NCBI GenBank assembly: GCA_041662245.1
Contig: JBAZSW010000007.1
Coordinates: forward strand, 163 to 64,162
DNA length: 64,000 nt
Direction of reading: 5' to 3'
From: Parcubacteria group bacterium
Lineage (GTDB): Bacteria > Patescibacteriota > Minisyncoccia > Moranbacterales > UBA9337
A model generated the notes under the pieces. The model saw nothing but the letters and a program-made list of their open reading frames with translations. It was not told the origin of the DNA and did no database searches. Position numbers and translations under genes: made by a program. Every line of letters begins with the position of its first letter. The first letter of the stretch is position 1. Shown piece after piece: positions 17,563 through 26,764 of the stretch.

Positions 17563-18714
17563 ATGAAGTGGTTTGGCAAAAAAAATAATGGTTTAGGGGA
17601 TAACAATCCTGCAAAAAAAAGTAAGAAAAAAATAATTTTTATTAGTTTGGGAGTCATAGTTCTAATTGGAGGAATATTTCTTTGGAAAACAGGTGGTTTT
17701 TTAAATAAAATTAGTACTGGTGGGGGTATTTTCAGTAGTATCGTTAAATCTCTTCCTGGAGCAGACAATTCATTGAAAGGAGAGAAAGAAGGCAGAATTA
17801 ATATTCTGCTTTTGGGAATGAGAGGAGAACATGTGACGGGAGGAGGACTTCTTGCAGATACTATTGAAGTGGTAAGCATTAAACCTGCTGAGAAAAAAGT
17901 TTCCATGATTTCTATTCCCAGAGATCTTTATGTGACTGTTCCTGGAGAAAGCTATCAACAAAAGATAAATTATGTTTATTTTCATGGAGAAGAAAAAGAT
18001 AGAAATGGTGGAGGAATAAAAGAAATGAAACAAATTGTCTCAGATATTACAGGTCAGCCAATTCATTATGCGATTACGATAAATTTTGCAGGTTTTGAGC
18101 AATTAGTAAATGCTATTGGAGGTGTAAAAATTCATCTTGATCAAGCTTTCACAGAACCCCTTCAATTTCATGAAGAAAAAGTTTGTGACCCAAATGTGTT
18201 TACGGTAAAAAGTGGAAATTTTCAATATAAGAAAAATGATAAAGGAAAAATAGTGGCCACTTATCCACTTTGTTATAACTCTAGCGAAGAATGCGGAGGA
18301 GTATTTTCTCTTCCTGCCGGAGATCAAACGCTAGATGGTGCCAAAGCACTTTGCTATGTTCGTTCTCGTGTAACTTCCAGTGATTTCGATAGAGCCAGAA
18401 GACAACAACAGGTTTTGGCTCAAATAAAGAAGACGGCTTTCAGTGTGAATACGCTAACGGACTTTTCTAAAATTAACGATATCTTAAATAGCTTGGGCGA
18501 TAATACTAAAACCGATTTGGAGGGATGGGAGATGAAAAAATTGTTTGATACTTATAGAGGTTTGGGTGATGATATCACCATTACCCAGAAAGTTTTAGAA
18601 AATTCTGAAGAAGGACTTTTATATTCTCATGAAGGTGATGATCGAGGATATATTTTGATACCGCGTGGAGATAATTATGACAAAATAAAATCTTTATTTA
18701 ATAGTGTTATTTAA
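17563..18714 (+). CDS. LytR-CpsA-Psr (LCP) family cell-envelope phosphotransferase
   Basis: N-terminal TM, then RINILLLGMRGEHVTGGGLLADTIEVVSIKPAEKKVSMISIPRDLYVTVPG, the LCP core. Confidence 0.85.
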   Translation: MKWFGKKNNGLGDNNPAKKSKKKIIFISLGVIVLIGGIFLWKTGGFLNKISTGGGIFSSIVKSLPGADNSLKGEKEGRINILLLGMRGEHVTGGGLLADTIEVVSIKPAEKKVSMISIPRDLYVTVPGESYQQKINYVYFHGEEKDRNGGGIKEMKQIVSDITGQPIHYAITINFAGFEQLVNAIGGVKIHLDQAFTEPLQFHEEKVCDPNVFTVKSGNFQYKKNDKGKIVATYPLCYNSSEECGGVFSLPAGDQTLDGAKALCYVRSRVTSSDFDRARRQQQVLAQIKKTAFSVNTLTDFSKINDILNSLGDNTKTDLEGWEMKKLFDTYRGLGDDITITQKVLENSEEGLLYSHEGDDRGYILIPRGDNYDKIKSLFNSVI

Positions 18715-18749
18715 TTTAACTTCCAATCCGCAATTATTTATAAGGAGTT

Positions 18750-18790
18750 CGATTTTAAATAACAAAATCGAACTCCTTCATTGCTTATAG
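18750..18790 (+). terminator. Hairpin terminator after the LCP gene
   Basis: aaggagttcgattttaaataacaaaatcgaactcctt. Confidence 0.45.
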
Positions 18791-18802
18791 TAAAATTGAT
18801 TT

Positions 18803-19615
18803 ATGGATCTATCTATTATTATTAACAATTATAAAAATCCAGATTTGCTTCGTCTTTGTATTAAATCTATTCAGAAAAATACAAATAATGTTGATTATGA
18901 AATAATAGCCATTGATTGTGCCACGGAGGAAGTTACAGAGATGATGATGCGCGAAGAATTTCCTAAAATAAATTTTTTTTCTTTTTTGGAAAATGTAGGG
19001 TTCCAAAAAATGGTCAGAAAAGGAATTGAAAATAGCAAAGGAGATTATTTATTAATTTTGAATGGAGATGTTTTAGTAAAAGAAAATTCTATTAAAAAAA
19101 TGCTGGACTATATTAAAGGTGATAGTAGTATTGGCTTGATAGGTCCTAAATTATTAAATTTCAATGGAACTTCACAAGATTCATGTTTCCGATTTTATAA
19201 ACCCATTACTATTATCTATCGTAGGACAATTTTGGGAAAATTGCCCTTTGCCAAAAAACATCTAAATTGGTTTTTGATGCGAGATTATAATCATCAGGAT
19301 CCCAAAGAAGTTGATTGGATAATGGGATCGGCTTTAATGATTTCTCGAATAGCTCTTGATAAGGTGGGGTTTCTAGATACACGTTTTTTCATGTATATGG
19401 AAGATGTTGATTGGTGTCGGCGTTTTTGGGAAAATGGTTTAAAGGTGATATACTTTCCCTTAGCAGAAATGCTTCATTATCACGGTAAGGGAAGTGGCAG
19501 AAAAGGATTTTTTTATTCTATATTTCGCAATAAACTAACTTGGATTCATATTAGTAGCGCGATTAAATATTTTATAAAATATTGGGGAAAGAAAAATCCG
19601 CGATTTAATGAATAA
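18803..19615 (+). CDS. Glycosyltransferase family 2
   Basis: IIAIDCATEE...LNGDVLV...DWIMGSALMISR are GT2 DxD and acceptor-loop motifs. Confidence 0.85.
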   Translation: MDLSIIINNYKNPDLLRLCIKSIQKNTNNVDYEIIAIDCATEEVTEMMMREEFPKINFFSFLENVGFQKMVRKGIENSKGDYLLILNGDVLVKENSIKKMLDYIKGDSSIGLIGPKLLNFNGTSQDSCFRFYKPITIIYRRTILGKLPFAKKHLNWFLMRDYNHQDPKEVDWIMGSALMISRIALDKVGFLDTRFFMYMEDVDWCRRFWENGLKVIYFPLAEMLHYHGKGSGRKGFFYSIFRNKLTWIHISSAIKYFIKYWGKKNPRFNE

Positions 19616-20972
19616 AAAATTAATTAAAAACCTCACAATATATTTATTTATGCATGAGATAAAAAAAGAAAATGAAGGTGCTAATTTTGCGAAAGTTGTT
19701 ATTGAAGATAAAAAAATAATTGAAACTAAAAAGGAAGACAAGAAAAAAGATAATCAAAAAAATGTTTTAACTTATTATATAAAATTAGTTATTATATTTT
19801 CTGTTTTGGCTCTTACTTTTTGGATTGGCTTTGAACGAGGTCAAAAAAATAATCCTAATTTAACTAATCTCAACAAGTCTTTAAATTTGGGAAGTGTCAA
19901 CAATAAGAGTCAAGTAGACATGTCTTTGTACTGGGAGGCTTTTGACAAATTAAAAGAAAAATATGTTGATGCGGATAAATTAACTACTCAAGACTTAGTT
20001 TATAACTCCATAAAAGGAATGATGGCAACTACGGGTGATCCCTATACTGTTTTTATGGATCCTAAAGAGAGTAAAGAATTCAGTTCTGATATAAGCGGAA
20101 CATTTGAGGGAATTGGAGCAGAACTGGGTATCAAACAAGGAATTTTAACTGTGATTTCTCCTCTTAAAGATTCTCCAGCTGAAAAAGCTGGCTTACGGAC
20201 GGGGGATAAAATATTAAAAGTTGACGATTCTTCTACTTCAGAAATGAGTATCGATATGGCAGTTTCAAAGATAAGAGGTAAAGACGGCACGCAGGTTAAA
20301 TTAACTATTTATAGGATTGATAGTGAAGAAAAAACAAAAGATATAGTTGTAACAAGGGGGGTTATTAAAGTAGATAGTGTAACTTTTGAGATGAAAAATA
20401 CTAATATCGCTTATTTTAATGTAGTTCGTTTTGGAGATGATACTGCGATTATGTTCAGTCGTTTGATGAAGGAGATGCCTAAAAATACCAAGGGAATAGT
20501 TATTGATTTACGCAATAATCCCGGAGGATATCTGGATGTAGCTATCGACATGGCTAGCTTGATGTTGCCAGAAGGAGAAGTTGTTGTAATGGAGGAAAAT
20601 AAAAATGGCCAAAGAAAGAATTTTTATGCCAGAGGAGAAGATAAATTAAGTAAAATAAGAACAGTTCTTCTTATTAATGAAGGAAGCGCTAGCGCTTCGG
20701 AAATTTTAGCGGGAGCTTTAAGAGATAATCGCGACAATGTTACTTTAGTAGGTAAAAAATCTTATGGAAAAGGATCTGTTCAAGAACTCTTAAATTTAAG
20801 TGGTGAAACGACAGTAAAAATAACGGTAGCAAGATGGCTTACTCCTAAAGGAAATCAAATCAATGAAAAAGGAATCAGTCCTGACGTTGAAGTTAATTTA
20901 ACAGATGATGACTATAGTAAAAATAAAGACCCTCAAATGGATAAGGCCTTGGAAATTTTATTAAAAAAATAA
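19608..20972 (+). CDS. ctpA: Carboxyl-terminal processing protease (S41, CtpA-like) with a PDZ domain; start uncertain
   Basis: GIGAELGIKQGILTVISPLKDSPAEKAGLRTGDKILKVD (PDZ) and DLRNNPGGYLDVAIDMAS (S41 catalytic region). Confidence 0.85.
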   Translation: MNKKLIKNLTIYLFMHEIKKENEGANFAKVVIEDKKIIETKKEDKKKDNQKNVLTYYIKLVIIFSVLALTFWIGFERGQKNNPNLTNLNKSLNLGSVNNKSQVDMSLYWEAFDKLKEKYVDADKLTTQDLVYNSIKGMMATTGDPYTVFMDPKESKEFSSDISGTFEGIGAELGIKQGILTVISPLKDSPAEKAGLRTGDKILKVDDSSTSEMSIDMAVSKIRGKDGTQVKLTIYRIDSEEKTKDIVVTRGVIKVDSVTFEMKNTNIAYFNVVRFGDDTAIMFSRLMKEMPKNTKGIVIDLRNNPGGYLDVAIDMASLMLPEGEVVVMEENKNGQRKNFYARGEDKLSKIRTVLLINEGSASASEILAGALRDNRDNVTLVGKKSYGKGSVQELLNLSGETTVKITVARWLTPKGNQINEKGISPDVEVNLTDDDYSKNKDPQMDKALEILLKK

Positions 20973-21083
20973 AAAGTTATAAAAAAATTAGAATATATTA
21001 TCGATATGGAGGATTGTAATATGGACAGTCCTCTTTTGCTTCTGATTATTTGCAAAGCAGATTTATGATGATATTATGGCTGT

Positions 21084-22301
21084 ATGAAGACAAAAATAAG
21101 TGCAAAAGTAAATACAAGCGCACCACTAGCCAGTCGTATGAGGCCAAGGGCTTTTAAGGATTTTTTTGGTCATGGAAACTTGATGGAAAAAGATGCCTAT
21201 TTGAAAAAAATTATTGATGCAGACTCTTTGTTTTCAATGATTTTTTGGGGTCCCCCAGGAACAGGTAAGACAACCTTAGCGCAACTGATTGCCGAAAAAA
21301 CAAAGGCTGATTTTATAAAAATTAGTGCAGTGGATAGTGGAGCGCAAAAATTACGAAGCATTATTTCTCAAGCTGATGAAAATTTTAAACAAAATAAAAG
21401 AACTATTCTTTTTTTGGACGAAATCCATCGCTGGAATAAAGCTCAGCAAGATAAGCTGCTTCCTTATGTAGAAAAAGGATTGATTATCTTGATTGGAGCC
21501 ACGACCGAAAATCCTAGTTTTGAAATTAACTCCGCTCTTTTATCGCGAGCGCGAGTTTTTGTTTTACATAAATTGGAAGTGCCTAGTTTGGAAAAAATAA
21601 TTAAAAGGGCGCTGGTTGATAAAAAAGTTGGATTAGGTGAAAAAAATATCAAAATTAGCCAAGAAACCATCTCTTTTTTGGCTCATATCTCCAATGGAGA
21701 CGCGCGAATAGCTTTAAATGTTTTGGAAGCTTCAAGTAATTATTCTAATAAAATTGATAATGAATTAATTAAAAAAATTATTCAAAAAACTAATTTGATT
21801 TATGATAAAAGTGGAGATGAACATTATAATATAATTTCGGCTTTACATAAATCGATGCGGGGAGGAGATGCCGATGCTGCGGTTTATTGGATGGCACGAA
21901 TGCTTGAGGGAGGAGAGGACCCCATTTATATTGCGCGACGATTGGTTCGTTTTGCTTCGGAGGATATTGGATTAGCTAATAATACCGCCTTGCTTTTGGC
22001 CAATGCTACTTTCGATGCTTGTCAAAAATTGGGCGTACCAGAATGCAATGTACATCTTTCACAATGCGTGATTTATTTGGCCAAATCTTCAAAAAGCATT
22101 GTTGCCTATGAAGCCTATAATAGAGCTAAAAAAGATGTCGAAAAATTTGGAAATTTATCTGTCCCACTCCATATCCGCAATGCTCCTACAAAATTAATGA
22201 AAAATTTAAATTATGGAAAAGATTATAAATATACCCCCAAAGAAGATAGCTCTGATCAAGAATATTTGCCAGAAGAATTGAAGGGCAAAAAATATGTGTG
22301 A
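21084..22301 (+). CDS. rarA: Replication-associated recombination protein A (AAA+ ATPase)
   Basis: [17 protein letters not shown] Walker [17 protein letters not shown] Walker B, C-terminal MgsA domain. Confidence 0.9.
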   Translation: MKTKISAKVNTSAPLASRMRPRAFKDFFGHGNLMEKDAYLKKIIDADSLFSMIFWGPPGTGKTTLAQLIAEKTKADFIKISAVDSGAQKLRSIISQADENFKQNKRTILFLDEIHRWNKAQQDKLLPYVEKGLIILIGATTENPSFEINSALLSRARVFVLHKLEVPSLEKIIKRALVDKKVGLGEKNIKISQETISFLAHISNGDARIALNVLEASSNYSNKIDNELIKKIIQKTNLIYDKSGDEHYNIISALHKSMRGGDADAAVYWMARMLEGGEDPIYIARRLVRFASEDIGLANNTALLLANATFDACQKLGVPECNVHLSQCVIYLAKSSKSIVAYEAYNRAKKDVEKFGNLSVPLHIRNAPTKLMKNLNYGKDYKYTPKEDSSDQEYLPEELKGKKYV

Positions 22302-22440
22302 CGCGAAAGTTCTTCGCACAATATTTAGTCATTTAAATCAGTAAATAATAAAAGGAGGCATAGACTCTTGGTTTTTCGATGGGGTGTCTTTTTTTGATTG
22401 ACATATGTTAAGTTAGCTTTAATAAATAACTCTATTAAAA

Positions 22441-22472
22441 AATCTCCTCAACATCTGACGGCCGTCAGATGT
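22441..22472. repeat. 32 bp perfect palindrome cctcaacatctgacggccgtcagatgttgagg, copy 1, between a putative promoter and the start of the PaaX-like gene
   Basis: The identical sequence recurs at 23107-23138. Perfect dyad symmetry. Confidence 0.9.
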
Positions 22473-22490
22473 TGAGGGAAAGTTATTATT

Positions 22491-23048
22491 ATGCATAAGT
22501 TTGGGTCGGTTCAAAAGAAAATTATGTTAGTTCTTTTGGGAGGAGTAGCTTTGGGCTTGTCTTCTTCTCCCCGTCAATATTTTTATACTTTCAGAAAAAT
22601 TAGTGATGATTGGAAAAGTATAAGAGAAGATAATTTTAATAGGTCAATTTCTGTTTTGGCAAAGGAAAAATTAATTGAGGAGAAAATATTGCCAGATGGT
22701 AGTGTAAAGCCAGTTTTAACCAAGGAAGGCAAAAAACAAGCAAGTTTATTAATGCTATTTAGAGATGTAGCAGATTTCAAAAAACCTAAAAATTGGGATA
22801 AGAAATGGAGAATAGTCATTTTTGATATTCCAGAGGGGGACAGAATATTTCGAAGTATATTGCGCCAGCATTTGCGAGCTTTGAGTTTTTTGAAATTACA
22901 ACAAAGTGTTTTTATTTCGCCTTATCCTTGTGAAAAAATAATTTCAGATTTAACGGATATTTATTCAGCTGGTAAATATATAAAAGTTATTACCGCGATA
23001 AGAGTTGATGATGAAAAAAGAATAAAAAAATACTTCTTAATAAAGTAG
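22491..23048 (+). CDS. PaaX-family-like small regulator with an N-terminal wHTH-like region and a Cas2-like core
   Basis: N-terminus IMLVLLGGVALGLSS...SISVLAKEKLIEE. Core WRIVIFDIPEGDRIFRSILRQHLRALSFLKLQQSVFISP resembles the Cas2/PaaX pattern (V.YD..+..R..LR..L...G..+Q.SVF). Confidence 0.55.
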   Translation: MHKFGSVQKKIMLVLLGGVALGLSSSPRQYFYTFRKISDDWKSIREDNFNRSISVLAKEKLIEEKILPDGSVKPVLTKEGKKQASLLMLFRDVADFKKPKNWDKKWRIVIFDIPEGDRIFRSILRQHLRALSFLKLQQSVFISPYPCEKIISDLTDIYSAGKYIKVITAIRVDDEKRIKKYFLIK

Positions 23049-23106
23049 TCTAATATATAATGATATAAAAACACCTTATTTCAATCTATGTTGAAAGGTT
23101 TAATCT

Positions 23107-23138
23107 TTCCTCAACATCTGACGGCCGTCAGATGTTGA
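23107..23138. repeat. 32 bp perfect palindrome, copy 2, 60 nt downstream of the PaaX-like gene; the flanks extend the dyad to ~38 bp
   Basis: aatctttCCTCAACATCTGACGGCCGTCAGATGTTGAGGaagatt. Confidence 0.9.
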
Positions 23139-23267
23139 GGAAGATTTTAAAGAGAGAGAAGATAGGGTGGATAAATGGTGGAGTGTGATGAAGGTTTTTG
23201 TAAAGTGAGGTTTGGTGATATACTAAAAATATTAAATGTTCGATTTTAGATGTAAAATTTTAAAAAT

Positions 23268-23786
23268 ATGAAAGTAATTTTATTGATGGCGATGTCGTTA
23301 AATGGTATGATTGCCCGCAAAGATGGGGATGAAGATTTTTTATCTCATGCTAACTGGCAGTCTTTTAGTGAATCGGCAAAGCAACATGGCTGTTTTATTG
23401 CTGGCAGGAAATCTTATGAGATTGTAGAAACGTGGCCGGATTATAATTACAGCAGTATTGATGCAAAATTGAAAATTATAGTTTCCAGAAATTCTGTTTT
23501 AGAGTTGCAAACTCCATTTGTGAGAGCTAGTTCGCCAAAAGATGCTATAGAAATAGCTAAAGCTGAAAATATTTCGTCAGCAATTCTTGTGGGTGGTAGC
23601 TCAAATAACAGTGCGTTTATGGCTGAGAATTTAGTAGATGAAGTAATTTTAAATATTGAGCCGGCAATTATCGGAAAAGGTATTCCAATTTTTGCCGAGA
23701 GCGAATTTGATAGACGTTTGAGTTTCATAGATGCTACAAAAATTGCGGAGGATATATTGCAAGTAAAATATAAGGTTATTAAATAA
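23268..23786 (+). CDS. Dihydrofolate reductase-like / RibD C-terminal domain family protein
   Basis: MKVILLMAMSLNGMIARKDGDEDFLSHANWQSF...AILVGGSSNNSAFMAENLVDEVILNIEPAIIGKGIPIF. Confidence 0.7.
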   Translation: MKVILLMAMSLNGMIARKDGDEDFLSHANWQSFSESAKQHGCFIAGRKSYEIVETWPDYNYSSIDAKLKIIVSRNSVLELQTPFVRASSPKDAIEIAKAENISSAILVGGSSNNSAFMAENLVDEVILNIEPAIIGKGIPIFAESEFDRRLSFIDATKIAEDILQVKYKVIK

Positions 23787-23810
23787 AAATTAATCTTTTT
23801 ACTAAACATT

Positions 23811-24497
23811 ATGAAAATAATCGGACTATTGGGCGGAACTTCTTGGGTTTCAACCGTTGAATATTATCGCCAGATCAATAAAAAAGTTAATGAGCGACTT
23901 GGCAAAAATCATTCGGCCAAAATTATTTTGAGCAGTATGGATTATGAAGAGATTAAACAATATAATTATCAAAATTGGGAAAAAATTGAAGATATTTTAA
24001 CAGATGAAATTATGAAATTGGATAGTTGCAAAGTGGACTGCATGTTAATTTGCAATAATACTTTGCATAAAGCACTAGATGATATTAAGCCTTACCTTTA
24101 TGCGGAAGCACCAATTTTTCATATTGTTGATTGCGTGGGTGAATATGCCAAAAAAAATAATTTTAAGAATATTTTACTTTTTGGGACAAAATTTACCATG
24201 GAGGATGGTTTCTATCATAAGAAACTTAAAGAATATGGTCTGAATATTATTACGCCAGCCGAAGATGAGAGAATGGAAATTCAAAGAATTACGCAGGAAG
24301 AATTGGCCAAAGAAAAATTTACAGATGTATCCAGGAAGTGGTTTCAGGAAATTGTTGCAAAGTATCCCTGCGATGCTGTGGTGGTTGGATGTACGGAATT
24401 GCCGATGATAATTAAGCAAGAAGATTATAATATCCCGATATTAAACACACTGGATTTGCATTGTGAAAAAGCAGTAAATTTTTCTTTGGAAAACTAA
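23811..24497 (+). CDS. Aspartate/glutamate racemase family protein
   Basis: MKIIGLLGGTSWVSTVEYYRQIN...DAVVVGCTELPMI are the Asp/Glu racemase N- and C-terminal catalytic Cys regions. Confidence 0.75.
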   Translation: MKIIGLLGGTSWVSTVEYYRQINKKVNERLGKNHSAKIILSSMDYEEIKQYNYQNWEKIEDILTDEIMKLDSCKVDCMLICNNTLHKALDDIKPYLYAEAPIFHIVDCVGEYAKKNNFKNILLFGTKFTMEDGFYHKKLKEYGLNIITPAEDERMEIQRITQEELAKEKFTDVSRKWFQEIVAKYPCDAVVVGCTELPMIIKQEDYNIPILNTLDLHCEKAVNFSLEN

Positions 24498-24500
24498 TTT

Positions 24501-25079
24501 ATGAAAGAATTTATAAAAATTGAAGGTAGGGATTTATTTTTGTTAAATACGGAATTATTGGGCTTGAAGGAAGCTCAACTTTGGATTGGGCTGAGTCCTG
24601 ACGGACCATTGGATAATAATGATCAAAGAGTGCTAGTGGAGAGGGCGAGAGAGATGGAAAATAAAAATAATCCAGGAAATAGAATTTCCGGAATAGAAGC
24701 GGTAAATTTAACAGAAAGCAAAAAATTTCCTAATTGGTTTGAAGTAAATACGTCTGCTTGGCAGGCAGGGATTTATCGGTTTAATATTCATAGCAATCCC
24801 AATGTACATTCACCAAATGGAACGGAGTTGCGACCAATTCGTGACGGTCAATATTCATGGCCGAATTTTTCAGATGAATATTTACTCAATTTGCCTGATG
24901 AGCAAAAAGAATTTTTATATCTTGAAAAAAATAAAGCCGGATTTTGCCTGCGAATAGAAATATTAGAAAATAGAGAAATAAAACCAACAGGGGATGGATT
25001 GGAATGGATTAAGAATTGGTCGGAAATTAAAAAAGAAACAGAGGCACATTATAGAGAAAAAATGAATTTTGCAAAATAA
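24501..25079 (+). CDS. Hypothetical protein (192 aa)
   Basis: Clean ORF that immediately follows the racemase gene. No family recognised. Confidence 0.5.
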   Translation: MKEFIKIEGRDLFLLNTELLGLKEAQLWIGLSPDGPLDNNDQRVLVERAREMENKNNPGNRISGIEAVNLTESKKFPNWFEVNTSAWQAGIYRFNIHSNPNVHSPNGTELRPIRDGQYSWPNFSDEYLLNLPDEQKEFLYLEKNKAGFCLRIEILENREIKPTGDGLEWIKNWSEIKKETEAHYREKMNFAK

Positions 25080-25164
25080 TAAAATAAAAATCACTATCTT
25101 TTTTATCTGCTCATCACCCGCCTGTAATGATACAACATTTCGGGCAGGTCATTTGGTGAGGGAA

Positions 25165-25213
25165 AAAGCTTCAGATTTTAATATGTCTAATCTGAAGCTT
25201 TTTTTATTTTATT
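25165..25213 (+). terminator. Rho-independent terminator
   Basis: aaagcttcagattttaatatgtctaatctgaagcttttttt. Confidence 0.65.
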
Positions 25214-25371
25214 AAAGCCATCGCTCGCATTAAATTAATTTAAACTCTATTTCATAATTAGACCAGAATTAACTATTTTTTTCAAAATATTGACAAATGT
25301 GGTATAATACAGCCGACGAAATAGGGTAAACCCGAATTTTGGTCGTGATAATAATTAAAAAATAAAAAAAT

Positions 25372-26697
25372 ATGGATAATACAACACAAAAAGAAGAAAT
25401 GATAAAAGAGGCTGAGGTAGTCAAAAAAACACCTAATGTTTCTGAAAAAAAAGAAGATTTTAAGCCAAAAAATGGATTATCGTTTAAAATATGGTTAATC
25501 ATTATTTTGGGCATGTTTTTATCTTCCGTTTTGGGTGGTTTTTTTGGTTTTTTGGCAGGAGGTTTCTCGGGAATATTATCTGCCAAAATAAAAACTAAAG
25601 TAGAACGTAAGCTTGGATTGAATAAAAGTAAAAATGCAATTGTCGAAAAAGGAACCATCTTACAGGAAGAATCGGCTGTAATTGATGTAGTAGAAAAAAA
25701 TTCTCCAGCGGTGGTAAATATTGTAATCAGTAAAGATGTCCCTAAATTTAAAAATAATGGATTTAATTTTTTCTTTGATCCTTTTGGATATCAGCAACAG
25801 CAAGACAATTCTGCTAATCAAGAAACAGAAAAACAAAAGGTGGGAGGAGGAACAGGATTTTTTGTTTCAGCGGATGGGATGATTGTGACCAATAAACATG
25901 TTGTTGAAGATCAGTCTGCCCAATATACCGTAATAACTAACGAAGGCAAAGAATATAAGGCTAATGTTTTGGCGCGTCATCCTTCTCTAGACATAGCAAT
26001 TATTAAAATTGAAGGTGACAATTTTCCGGTTTTGACATTGGGAGATTCAGACAAACTTAAGGTAGGACAATCAGCTATAGCTATCGGAAATTCATTGGGA
26101 GAATTTTCCAATAGTGTGAGCCTAGGAATTGTTTCGGGATTAAAAAGAGATATTACTGCGGGAGGAATGATGGGTGGTAGTGAAAAATTGACTAATATCA
26201 TCCAAACCGATGCCGCTATTAATCCCGGAAATTCTGGCGGACCACTTTTGGATATAAAAGGTGATGTGATTGGAATCAATGTGGCTGTCGCACAAGGAGT
26301 AGAAAATATCGGTTTCGCTCTTTCTGTTAATGATATTAAAAAAACAATCAACCAAGTGAAAGACAACGGTAAAATTTCAGTTCCTTATTTAGGAATTCGC
26401 TATTTAATTTTAGATGATAATATTCAAAAGGAGAACAGTTTGCCTTACAATTACGGAGCACTTGTTTCTAGAGGTGAAAAAATAACTGATTTTGCGGTAA
26501 TTCCTGGATCTCCTGCAGATAAAGCTGGTTTAGTAGAGAATGATATAATTCTTGAAATAAATGGTAAAAAAATTGATGAAGATAATCAAATAAATAATAT
26601 TATAACCTCTTTGGGCATTGGTGATGAAATTGACTTGAAAGTTTGGCACAAAGGAGAGGAAAAAGAAGTAAAGGCTACCTTGGAAGAAAGAAAATAA
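25372..26697 (+). CDS. htrA: HtrA/DegP-family serine protease (S1C) with a C-terminal PDZ domain
   Basis: GGGTGFFVSADGMIVTNKHVV (His), DIAIIKI (Asp), GNSGGPLLD (Ser), PDZ GSPADKAGLVENDIILEINGKKI. Extended -10 promoter TGgTATAAT at about 25306. Confidence 0.88.
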   Translation: MDNTTQKEEMIKEAEVVKKTPNVSEKKEDFKPKNGLSFKIWLIIILGMFLSSVLGGFFGFLAGGFSGILSAKIKTKVERKLGLNKSKNAIVEKGTILQEESAVIDVVEKNSPAVVNIVISKDVPKFKNNGFNFFFDPFGYQQQQDNSANQETEKQKVGGGTGFFVSADGMIVTNKHVVEDQSAQYTVITNEGKEYKANVLARHPSLDIAIIKIEGDNFPVLTLGDSDKLKVGQSAIAIGNSLGEFSNSVSLGIVSGLKRDITAGGMMGGSEKLTNIIQTDAAINPGNSGGPLLDIKGDVIGINVAVAQGVENIGFALSVNDIKKTINQVKDNGKISVPYLGIRYLILDDNIQKENSLPYNYGALVSRGEKITDFAVIPGSPADKAGLVENDIILEINGKKIDEDNQINNIITSLGIGDEIDLKVWHKGEEKEVKATLEERK

Positions 26698-26764
26698 AAA
26701 AATGAGGGAGGTATTTGTGTTTTAGAAAGATTAATAAATTTAATTTTTTTAAGTTAATGACTGT

